DNA of 64,000 nt from an uncultured Candidatus Peribacteria bacterium (GTDB lineage: Bacteria; Patescibacteriota; Gracilibacteria; BD1-5; UBA2023). Within the stretch, counting starts at the first letter, position 1. Every line of letters starts with the position of its first letter. Below are positions 10,143 to 19,120 of the stretch, piece after piece. Location: positions 35 through 64,034 of the forward strand of contig CAZXUQ010000007.1 of NCBI GenBank assembly GCA_964644075.1, in the 5' to 3' direction. Below the pieces are notes generated by a model, which searched no databases, was not told where the DNA came from, and worked only from the letters and a program-made list of their open reading frames with translations. Position numbers and translations under genes: made by a program.

Positions 10143-10412
10143 GAAAAAAACAAAAAACCCACGACTGTGGGTACAGCGTGGGCTTAAAATGGGGTGCCGA
10201 ACGCTATACACTGTGAGGACATAAAAATTTGATCCTCGGGTAAACGGACGGTCAGTTGGTTTGGGATGAACTCAATCCCTATTCTCACGAGGAGAATAGC
10301 TCAACTGACCTTTCGGCGTGATTATTTAAAGCGTACTACCATGCCGCTTTTTGCCCAGTGCCGGGCTCATATCCTATCTCCTATGAGAAATACGATATGA
10401 GCCCTTCACCAG
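10143..10412 (-). ncRNA. Candidate structured RNA of unknown class, with intrinsic terminator
   Basis: On the minus strand: 11-bp hairpin GGGCTCATATC...GATATGAGCCC; a 9-bp helix GGTCAGTTG...CAACTGACC enclosing two hairpins (TATTCTC/GAGAATA and GGGAT/ATCCC); then terminator ACCCAC-AGTC-GTGGGT followed by a T-run (rc of 10143-10172). Sits in about 1 kb with no convincing ORF under either code. 5' end not defined. I could not match RNase P, tmRNA, SRP or 6S signatures. Confidence 0.35.
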
Positions 10413-10932
10413 TGTTTTTGATTCTTTCTGTATCATTTGTACAAAAATTGCTCTTTTTGTGTATTGATATGAAATTGGTGAATCTTTGTTTTGGTATTTG
10501 TAGCAGGAAGATCCTGTGAGAGCAGGGTTCCTATTATCAGTCAGTCGAGTCTTGTTAAGGGTCAATCTCTTGCGAGATGACACAGGTAGTATATCAGTTT
10601 TTTTCTAAGAGAGCGAGTCACTCGAGCTTGTCTATTTCAGAGAGAAATGTAATACTATATTTTCATCTCGGGGTTTCCTCTCTGTGATCATAAAACACCC
10701 TTTCTCTATTTTTCGGACAGTTATTGAACCATTTCTGTATAAATATTGTGTATTTGTATAGTATGTGTATACATCTTTTCCTTTCTATAGAGAGAAAAAT
10801 TCATCTATTTCGCCCGAAAAAATATCAAAAAATTCCTCTCCATCCTGTGAAATGTGAGAGGAACACTATATCTAGTGGTATGCTGTATTTTTCCTTTTCC
10901 TTGAGAGGAAAACTTGATCATTTGGTCGAGTT

Positions 10933-11649
10933 TTAAAGATGCTCGAGGGCAAAAGTCATGACGACACCCGCAGTCTCCGTACGGAGCACTCGCTCTCAAA
11001 AACGAGCAAATATAAAACCATTTTCTTTCATTTTTTTACGTTCATTTTCACTCCATCCACCCTCTGGCCCTACCCAGATGCCGATCTCACGATTTATGGG
11101 CATTTTTGTGAGTTTTAGGAGGGTTCCTGTGGTATCGAGGACGATATGTTGTGTTTGGTTGGGTTCTATGACTCGTCATGGGGTCGCCTCGATAGCAGTT
11201 CCTTCGAAAAATTCTATTTCTGGCATGACCATGCCACCACACTGCTCGAGAGCTTCCCGAGCAATCGAGAGGAATCGTGCTTTCTTATTTTCTGAGAGTA
11301 TGAGCTTTTGTGAGTGCTCCGATCGGAAGAAAACAAATCGTTTCACTCCGACTTCGACACCCTTTTCGAGGATGTATTCGATCTTTTCCATCTTGTTTGG
11401 GAGAGCCTGATAGAGCGTAATATCGCGATCTCACTCCGTTTTTGGAAAGCTTCTTCCTTTTCATTTGAGTGAAACTGACTTCTTGGTGATATGTGTGATC
11501 GTGTAGGTATACTCACTTCCATCACCGTCAAAGAGGACAATATCCTCACCTGGAGCCACTCGCATAACACGAGTAAGTTGGTGAACGATGTCAGTATCAG
11601 TGAGTTCGAGATCGATCGTAAGCGGGAATGTGACGTAAAATCGTTGCAT
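10933..11649 (-). CDS. rsmE: 16S rRNA (uracil1498-N3)-methyltransferase RsmE
   Basis: MQRFYV...VHQLTRVMRV..GEDIVLFDGDG N-terminus and C-terminal IGIWVGPEGGWSENE...ERVLRTETAG motif. Fragments 11461-11649 and 11176-11391 joined by TGA. Confidence 0.85.
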
Positions 11650-11742
11650 ATTTCTAAGGATAAGTTGTCATGCTGACGAAGGAAGCATCTGCTCAGGAAC
11701 AGGGCAGATTTCTTGTTCCTCGGAATGACAAACAGAGTAAAT

Positions 11743-12267
11743 TTAGTGTTTCATCATCTTATAGATGTCTACTGGAAGGAGGAGGAGATCGAGAGTGATC
11801 TTGCCCGCGAGCCAGAGGAGAAAGAGTGACCCCTGTGCGACTCAGTAGACAAATCCTGCCATATCGATCACGATATTATCTCCGAGTTTTTGGCGCTCGA
11901 AAAACTGCGTGACTGGATGGTTTGCGAGTGGAAATTCCTGTGGGTCAAATATATATTCTGGTTTGATAACTGTTCGTTTTTCGTGCTCTTTATCCTCGAT
12001 ATGTTCGAGGACATCACTATAGGTGTCGATGCTGATATCGCCAGTTCTGAGTGCTTCCTTGATTTCTGACTTGAGACTGTCGAGAGATCTCCCTGTCTCG
12101 ATACGACGCTGGAGTTCGTGGACATCGAGTTTCTTTTTTGATCGGATCTTCTCTTTCCCTTTTTCGAAGGATTCCTTCCTCTCCTCGATGACGATCGTCT
12201 CTCGTTCTTTATTTTCACGGATGCGCTTTCGGGCCTCATCGTAGGCTCCTGGATTTTCTCATGGCAT
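11743..12267 (-). CDS. Hypothetical protein (174 aa), charged N-terminal half and C-terminal hydrophobic helix
   Basis: Continuous minus-strand frame MPG(TGA)ENPGAYDEARKRIRENKERE...FVYG(TGA)VAQGSLFLLWLAGKITLDLLLLPVDIYKMMKH ending at TAA. Lies downstream of sufB. Confidence 0.5.
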
Positions 12268-12470
12268 AAGGAAAGTATAGAGAAAAAGTTAAATTTTCAA
12301 ACTTTTGTCATCCCGTAGGGATCTCTTTCAATATCACCTCATTCCCATATGTCAGATATGGTTTTTGTAAGAAAAAAAAACAGATTTTCACAATCCCATG
12401 CAAATAAGCAAAAGAAAGGGCGACTCCTTTGCTTCACTACGGAACGACAAAAAAAATTTCTTAGAACCAA

Positions 12471-12558
12471 GAAATTCGAGGAAGTAAGAATTTTTCGAAG
12501 TGAGCTTACTCTCTGTAAGTGATCGAGAAAAATTCGCAACTGACAAAGAAGTTCGCAG
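12471..12558. repeat. Dispersed ~88-nt intergenic repeat, copy 2
   Basis: See 9016-9103. Lies immediately downstream of the sufB stop. Confidence 0.6.
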
Positions 12559-12571
12559 GTTATAAAAATTT

Positions 12572-13987
12572 TTATACTCACTCCATTTCCATGCCTATGA
12601 GTATATTCATCTCCGCCGCATACTCGAGTGGGAGCTCCTTCATGAGCGGTGACACAAATCCTCTCACGATAAGTGTCTTTGCCTCATCCTCTGGGATCCC
12701 ATGTGACTCGAGGTAAAAGAGTACATCCTCACTAATCTTCCCGACGCTTGCCTCATGTGCGACCAGCGCATCATCGGTCGCGACACGGATATCTGGGATC
12801 GTATCGGATCGAGACTGGGGATCGAGGATGAGTCCATCACAGTCGATCTTTGCGACTGCGCCTTCTGCCGATTTTTTGATATCGAGAAGTCATCGGTATG
12901 TCGATATTCCTCCATTTTTCGAGAGAGATTTCGAGACGACTTCACTGGAAGTATGTTTACCGATGTGGATAACTTTCGCTCCAGTATCGGTATTTTGATC
13001 CTTGTTGGCGAATGCAATACCATAGTGGAGCGCTCGTGAGTTATCCCCTTTTAGGATCGAGCACGGATAGAGCATCGTGACTCATGAGCCGAGATTGCCT
13101 CCGATCCACTCGATCGATCCACTATTTTCCACGATAGCACGCTTAGTGTTGAGATTGTAGGTGTCGATTGACCAGTTTTCGACGGATGAGTAGCGCATCT
13201 TCGCATTTTTCCCGACATAGATCTCGACACATCCAGCATGGAGGCTCGCTGTTCCATATTTAGGAGCACTGCACCCTTCGATATAGTGTGCCTCTGCTTC
13301 ATCTTCGACGATGATGAGCGTATGCTCGAACTGTCATCCTGCTTTCACGTTCATACGGAAATACGCCTGGAGAGGATCAGCGATCTTCACGCCCTTCGGA
13401 ATATAGAGAAATGTCCCTCCGCTCCATACTGCTCAGTGGAGGGCAGCAAACATATGATCTGTCGGTGGGACACATTTCATGAAATGTTTTTTGATGAGAT
13501 CTGGATGTGAGTGGATCGCGACAGACATATCTTCGAAAAGGACTCCTTTTTTCGCAAGGTCTTCTCTCAGGTTATGGTAGACAACTTCACTATCATACTG
13601 GGCTCAGACTCAGGCGAGCACTTTCCGCTCTGCCTCAGGGATACCGAGTCGTTCAAAAGTGTTTTTTATATTTTCTGGCACTTCGTCCCAGGACTTTGTA
13701 TCTCATGCACCTTCAGGCTTCGCGAAATAGTAAATACTTTCGAGGTCGAGCTCTGAGAGAGATGGTCACCACGTCGGTTTTGTAAATTTTTTATAGAGCT
13801 CGAGGGATTTCAGACGATGTTCGAGCATCCAGCCTGGCTCTTTATTTGACTCTGAGATTTGTCTCACGACTTCTTCGTCGAGTCACTGCTTTGTTATTTT
13901 TTGGTAGTTCACAATATCACTCCCATCAAGTGTCGCCCGAGAGATGTCTCCAAATGCATGAATGTCGTCTGTATTGGTTGTAGTCAT
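12572..13987 (-). CDS. sufB: Fe-S cluster assembly protein SufB
   Basis: Full-length SufB-like translation ([14 protein letters not shown]...KPTWG...[25 protein letters not shown]...[22 protein letters not shown]...[34 protein letters not shown]). More than 10 in-frame TGA, all compatible with Gly. Confidence 0.95.
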
Positions 13988-13988
13988 A

Positions 13989-14717
13989 TTAAAATCCATT
14001 TTGCCTGATATCACTTATGAGCTCTTGTCCGCCATGGCGATCGATTTGTCAAGACTTCATAATGATGACGCGGTCAACATTTATAGAGTCAAGGAGATGA
14101 AAGTTATGAGAAATAATAATAATCATCTTCGACATACTTCGCCACTTATCGATCTCGCGAGAGAGGATATCTATGGCTCCGATATCCAGTCCAGCATCGA
14201 TCTCATCGAGGACGATCACACGAGGGTCCAAGAGAGCAATCTGGAGCATCTCGATACGGCGTTTTTCTCCTCATGAGAATCCGACGTAGAGATCTCGGTC
14301 GAGAAATTTTGGGTCGATACCATAGTCTGGGAGGAGCTTTTCTACTATGCGTCGAAAAACAAATGGTGTCGGTGGTTTGGCTTCTGGATTTTTACGACTA
14401 AATGCATGATTGTAGATCGTGCGAAGATACTCGATGAGGCGAATACCTGGGATTTCTGGAACATTTTGGAACGAGAGAAACATACTTTTTCTCGCGAGTT
14501 CATGTGGCAAAAGGCTACTGATATCCTCTTCATCAAGTCCTACTTCCCCACTCATCGTGTAGCGAGGATGGCGAAAAAGAGCGAATGCGAGTGAGGATTT
14601 CCCACTTCCATTCGTCCCGAGGAGTGCATATACGTGAGCATCCTCGAAAGTATAGGAAATATCAGGGATAATAATTTTATCCTCGACTGAGACAGAGATG
14701 TTCGAGAGACGAAGCAT
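13989..14717 (-). CDS. sufC: Fe-S cluster assembly ATPase SufC
   Basis: ABC ATPase motifs LLGTNGSGKSSL, GFSG(TGA)GEKRR, IVLDEIDAGLD, IIISH. C-terminus after TGA read-through is ...IIMKSGQIDRHGGQELISDIRQNGF. Stop is 1 nt from the sufB start. Confidence 0.95.
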
Positions 14718-14723
14718 GGCGAC

Positions 14724-14751
14724 ATGATAAGGATAGGATGGGAAAAATCAA
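14724..14751 (-). promoter_or_regulatory. Putative sufCB promoter: TTGATT-N16-TATCAT, with the -10 box only 6 nt from the ATG
   Basis: Reverse complement reads TTGATTtttcccatcctatcctTATCATgtcgccATG. The same TTGAxx-N16-TATAxT architecture recurs at other starts and at the sRNA modules. Confidence 0.4.
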
Positions 14752-14797
14752 AACATTTTCACTTTGATTTCATACTTCATTTTTATATACTAGTCGG

Positions 14798-14989
14798 GCT
14801 CCTAGTCCATCTATGGAGCTAGGAGTTATCATTAACCCTCTCATTTTATGAGAAAACTCCTGTATAGATGGCTCCTATTCTTCGGAATTGAGCCAGTCAT
14901 TCTCTTTCGGAGAGTGACAGGTCGGACTCGCAGGAAACTCTTGCGTCAGTACCGATAACAGAAAAAGAGCCTTCGTAGGGCTCTTTTTC
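14798..14989 (+). ncRNA. Candidate small RNA with consensus promoter and intrinsic terminator
   Basis: TTGATT (14764-14769), 16-nt spacer, TATACT (14786-14791). Hairpins CTCCTAG...CTAGGAG, TCTCATTTTATGAGA, GTCATTCTC-TTTCG-GAGAGTGAC and CGCAGG-AAACT-CTTGCG. Terminator AGAGCC-TTCGTA-GGGCTCT plus T-run at 14966-14989. No conserved ORF. Confidence 0.4.
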
Positions 14990-15207
14990 TTTGGAGTTAT
15001 CGCTAACAATCCTGTATAGATTTCGTCTTTCGACGACAGAAGCAGTATATATCACTTCCTAGAAAAATCAAAACTTTTTCCGAAAACTCACGAAAAATCC
15101 CTTCAGAAATGAGGGGATTTTTTATCTTTTCTAAAAACCAAAAGCCCTCGCATGAAGCGATGAAAGGGTCGGTTTGAATTCTGGAAAAGTTTCCATATAC
15201 TCTAGCT

Positions 15208-15372
15208 GCTCTCCACTCGGGTGGGGAGTGGTGGGCTTTTATATCCCCACCGAATACTTTTCATTTTTATGAAAATAGCTATTACATTCTCCGTTTGGAG
15301 AGTACGACTGGCTTTCGAGATCACTCTCGGGAAATAGTCATGAAAAAGACCCTTCTTCAGAGGGTCTTTTTC
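15208..15372 (+). ncRNA. Candidate small RNA, family copy 2 (paralog of 3908-4079)
   Basis: TTGAAT (15174-15179), 16-nt spacer, TATACT (15196-15201). Near-identical core GCTCTCCA.TC..GGTGGGGAGTGGTGGGCTTTTATATCCCCACC...TTTTCATTTTTATGAAAATAG...TTTGGAGAG...TTCGAGAT..CTCTCGG. The terminator has a different sequence but the same structure (GACCCT-TCTTCAG-AGGGTC plus T-run). Confidence 0.45.
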
Positions 15373-15480
15373 TTTGGTAGAGCAGTGAAGCTTTTACCAC
15401 CGAATACTTGTCGCTATTACATGACAATAGTATTATATCCCTCTTTCTCGAGAAATCAAAACTTTTTCTGAAAAGTCACC

Positions 15481-15506
15481 AAAAATCCCCCCGAAAATCG
15501 GGGGGA
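15481..15506 (-). terminator. Intrinsic terminator of the S-layer-like gene
   Basis: CCCCCCG-AAAAT-CGGGGGG followed, on the minus strand, by a T-run. Lies 36 nt after the stop. Confidence 0.7.
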
Positions 15507-15541
15507 AGATTGGACTTTAAAGAGAGAAGTTACCTAAAAAG

Positions 15542-18508
15542 TTAAGGAGCAGATGTAGCAGAAGCATTTACTTCAGTACCAACATCGTATGATCGGTTAA
15601 CTGCAACTCCATTAACAACATATGAAACGTTGCTAGCAGAAATAGTTACCTGATCTCCTGTTGCCCAACCTGGAACTGTATGCATGTATACTTCGAAGCT
15701 TGTTGAAGAGTTCTTCGTAAGTGGAACAGGTATTGTTGAAAGGTTGGCAAAGTAGAATGTACCAGTTACTCCTGCATTTACCGCTGTAACTGCATTGGAG
15801 TATCCTGAGTTTGTACAAGCATTTGTACCATTGCTGCTTCCACCAACTTCTCTTATACAAAGAAGGCTGTTGATAGTAGGAGCTGTTCCATTTGCAGTAT
15901 AGCGATACTTAAATTCGAGAGTAATACCCGAAAGAGTAATGCCTGTATTTGAGTCACCATTTGTAATGGTAATCTTAGCAATCGCCTTAGTACTTGCAAG
16001 AAGTTTAACAGAATCAACCTTGATTGAAGGTGGAACTACACTAATAGTGTAAGCCTTCATAGTTGATGTAAACGGTGGAAGAGCGACTGTAGCACCTCCA
16101 TTTACAGTAGTAACTGTAATATTTGTAGGGCTAATAATCTGGAGCTGAACTCCTGAACCGTAGATTGAATCAAGAGTCTTAACTGTAGTAAATACTACCT
16201 TAATATTCTGATCTTCATCCTTAGCAATGTCATTAGTCATACTATCTACAGTAACTGTGTTACCTGAAAGAGTGACTGTACCCTGAAGTTTTGCATCAGT
16301 GGCAACATTTCGAAGCTCAATGCTAGATGCATCTACAACATCTGAAAGAAGAGCTGAACCAATATTGTTAATAACAATCTTCGTTACACGAACTGCATCG
16401 CCTTCAGCACGAAGAGCGAAGCGTCCAACTTCCTGATTTGTCGTAGAAGAAATCTTATCGTTAGAATTTCCTGTGTTTACAGTAGCATTCTTGAGAGTAA
16501 GAGTAGGAGCCTGGATAGTAGTCTTATCACCAGTTACTGTATCAGTAAGAAGAGAAACTGCATTGTTAGCAGCATCACGAACATCCGCAAGTTTTACTTG
16601 GAATGTATAGTTCTGTGAACCAGCAACTGTGTTCTTGATAGAAGAACCAACGATAGTAATACGACCAGATGTGGCAGTATCAACAGGGATAGAGACGGTT
16701 TTAGTAATTGCATATGTAGCACCTGTAAAATCAGCAGAAGTGATTGTAGCAACTTCTGAACCATTTACTTTGACAGAGAGCTGATCATTAGCAAACGCAT
16801 ATACACCAGAGCTTGTTCCAGATGGAGTAATAACGAGCTGGCGAACATTGAGAGGAACTGTAGAAGTTACTTTTCCATCAAAGAGAGTCACGTTAGATGC
16901 TCCTGGGGCAACAGTCTGATTAACAGATGATTGCTTAGTATAAGTTACATCAACATTAGAGAAAGTAACAACTTCTGCAAATGATGCATACCCAGTAGTT
17001 GTGGTAGCATATCCTGTGGCAACCTCCGTAGCTGAAACATCAGAAGATGATTCGATCTTGAATCCGAGAGTGTTCGTAGAAGCACTTCCATCAACGAGAA
17101 CGTCAGCCTTGATTTCAAATGCCTGGAAGTTACCAGCAGCAAGAGCTGTAGAGAGACCTGTAACAGAAAGTTTATCTGCAGTTACAGTAGCAGTCCCAAC
17201 AGCAACACCGTTTTTGTATACCTTAACGTTAGCAAACTTCTTCGTAAGATCGTTTGATCCAGAACGAGTAAGAGTGAATCCGTTTACAGTAACATCACGG
17301 CTACCTGCGGTAAGATCTACTTTAGCGATAGTCTGCTGAGTTTTTCCTGGAGTAGCTGTATAGTTGTATGTACCAGCAACAGTTACTGAAGTAGTTACAT
17401 ATGAAGTAGTGTTGAGAAGACCAAGAGTCACTGGAGCACCAGTAACTGTAGTATTATCAGCATTTACAGCAGTAAGAGCAAACTGGTGTTGGCTATTCTC
17501 GGCACCTGAAAGGTTAACGAGGATATCTACAGTCTGAGATGCACCAGCCTTAACAGTAAGTGCAGGGTAGAAGTAGACAGTACCGTTCTGAGAAGTAGAG
17601 TTGTAGAAGTCAGAAGAAGACGATACAACGACACCATTCTGAGCAGCACGGATACCGTTATTTGAAGCGATATCGTTTGCATTACCAAGACCTGAACGAG
17701 TTACAACGAGTGATCGAACAGTAACGTCAGATGCTCCAGCTGTAAGCTTAACAGATCCAACCTTAACGCTAGAAGCGTTCTTTGGAACGTATTGAGCCAT
17801 AGCCTGACCATCGAGGGCAACTGTAAGAGCTCCCATAACTGTACCTGTAGAAGTCGTACCAGTAGATCCACCTGTAGATCCTGAACCAGTGTTTCCACCA
17901 GTAGATCCACCGTTGTCTACCTCGAGACCTGCACATGTAGCAGCTACCTTAAATGCTTCTCCACGAGTAGAGTTTGCATTTGGGCGGAAGTATGAACCAT
18001 CAGCGACACATCCGAGTTCGTTGGCACGGTTAACGTATCCAGCGAGATCTCCGAGACCGTTAAGGTCCATGTAACCAGCGTCTGTAGAAGATGCTGTCTC
18101 ACCGAGTGCTCCGAGGATCATCTTGACCATCTCAGCACGAGTGACATTAGCATTTGGACGGAATGTAGCAGAAGCAGTAGAAACTACACCTGCATCAGCG
18201 AGAGCCTCGATGTAACCACAGAGGTCTCCGAGACCTGTACCTACGTCAGAGTAGACGTCACCAGTACAAGCAACTGAATCAATTCCACCAAGGTTAGCAA
18301 CCACCTTTGCGATTTCCGCGCGAGTGATATTGCTAGAAAGACGGTATCCTGCCTCAGTAGACTGAGTAGAGATTACACCGTTATCAGCAAGCAGTTCAGC
18401 ATAAGGAAGAAACTCTGAAGCAGCAGCAACAAGTGATGCACTTGTAGAAGTAGCCACGAGAGTGACGATCCCCACACTAGAAGCAAGCTTCGTAAAGAAG
18501 TTACTCAT
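15542..18508 (-). CDS. S-layer-like surface protein with three N-terminal SLH repeats (about 988 aa)
   Basis: Signal-like MSNFFTKLASSVGIVTLVATSTSASLVAAA. SLH-type repeats (...ADNGVIS...ITRAEIAKVVANL; YIEALADAGVVS...FRPNANVTRAEMVKMILGAL; ...FRPNANSTRGEAFKVAA). Gly/Ser/Thr linker and long T/V/S/N-rich beta-type body. Uninterrupted even in the standard code (no TGA). ATG at 18508 preferred over the ORF-track start at 18571. Confidence 0.8.
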   Translation of the reverse strand: MSNFFTKLASSVGIVTLVATSTSASLVAAASEFLPYAELLADNGVISTQSTEAGYRLSSNITRAEIAKVVANLGGIDSVACTGDVYSDVGTGLGDLCGYIEALADAGVVSTASATFRPNANVTRAEMVKMILGALGETASSTDAGYMDLNGLGDLAGYVNRANELGCVADGSYFRPNANSTRGEAFKVAATCAGLEVDNGGSTGGNTGSGSTGGSTGTTSTGTVMGALTVALDGQAMAQYVPKNASSVKVGSVKLTAGASDVTVRSLVVTRSGLGNANDIASNNGIRAAQNGVVVSSSSDFYNSTSQNGTVYFYPALTVKAGASQTVDILVNLSGAENSQHQFALTAVNADNTTVTGAPVTLGLLNTTSYVTTSVTVAGTYNYTATPGKTQQTIAKVDLTAGSRDVTVNGFTLTRSGSNDLTKKFANVKVYKNGVAVGTATVTADKLSVTGLSTALAAGNFQAFEIKADVLVDGSASTNTLGFKIESSSDVSATEVATGYATTTTGYASFAEVVTFSNVDVTYTKQSSVNQTVAPGASNVTLFDGKVTSTVPLNVRQLVITPSGTSSGVYAFANDQLSVKVNGSEVATITSADFTGATYAITKTVSIPVDTATSGRITIVGSSIKNTVAGSQNYTFQVKLADVRDAANNAVSLLTDTVTGDKTTIQAPTLTLKNATVNTGNSNDKISSTTNQEVGRFALRAEGDAVRVTKIVINNIGSALLSDVVDASSIELRNVATDAKLQGTVTLSGNTVTVDSMTNDIAKDEDQNIKVVFTTVKTLDSIYGSGVQLQIISPTNITVTTVNGGATVALPPFTSTMKAYTISVVPPSIKVDSVKLLASTKAIAKITITNGDSNTGITLSGITLEFKYRYTANGTAPTINSLLCIREVGGSSNGTNACTNSGYSNAVTAVNAGVTGTFYFANLSTIPVPLTKNSSTSFEVYMHTVPGWATGDQVTISASNVSYVVNGVAVNRSYDVGTEVNASATSAP

Positions 18509-18636
18509 AATAATATATGGGTAAAAGAAATAAAGTGCGGATGACTCCGCGATTTGTTTGTGAAAAGTCATGGTCAGTGACTTTTCGGTGACTTCTCTGG
18601 TCAGGAGAAAGTCGCCTGTCTGTTTTTGAGGCAGAC

Positions 18637-18656
18637 GAGGTTAAAGCTTTAACCTC
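18637..18656. promoter_or_regulatory. 20-nt perfect palindrome GAGGTTAAAGCTTTAACCTC upstream of the S-layer-like gene
   Basis: Read directly. Lies about 130 nt upstream of the start codon, in a 600-nt non-coding leader/promoter region. Confidence 0.35.
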
Positions 18657-19120
18657 AAGTTATTTGCATAACGAGAGGATCTGATCTCCGCTTGATTGGG
18701 AACCAAATCCTCCCCTTGTGCAGTGATATCTTGAGATGACCAAGCAAAGGGAAAATATGATGTTAAAGAACATCCAGAGAGAGACACCTCTCCAAAATAC
18801 GCCAGAATAATATGAAAATATGGGGATAAAGTCAAATAAAAGTGCTCTCTCTTCACGATATTTTCACTCCGAAATATAGTACTCCATGAGAAAAGTAAAA
18901 ATCAACATTGTATTTTTCCCTCAGGTAAGAGAAAAGTACAGAAAAAATCAAAAAATAGTTCCTTTTTCATAAAAAACACATACTATGTGAGCGTCTCCTG
19001 CAAAAAGTAGATCTACGCGAATACACTCGAAAAGACAACAGAATACTCTCGAAACTTCCTATAACTCCAACAATACTCTCGTTCACAGGACTGACGCGTC
19101 TATATTTTTACTGTATCACT

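Noticed and set aside
10143-10412. Assigning the structured RNA to RNase P, tmRNA, SRP or 6S RNA
   Set aside because: I could not find the universal P4 motifs (GGAAAGUCC / ACAGAA..GGCUUA), a tRNA-like acceptor/T-arm with CCA, the SRP domain IV loop motifs or a 6S-type end-to-end helix. The class is left open.
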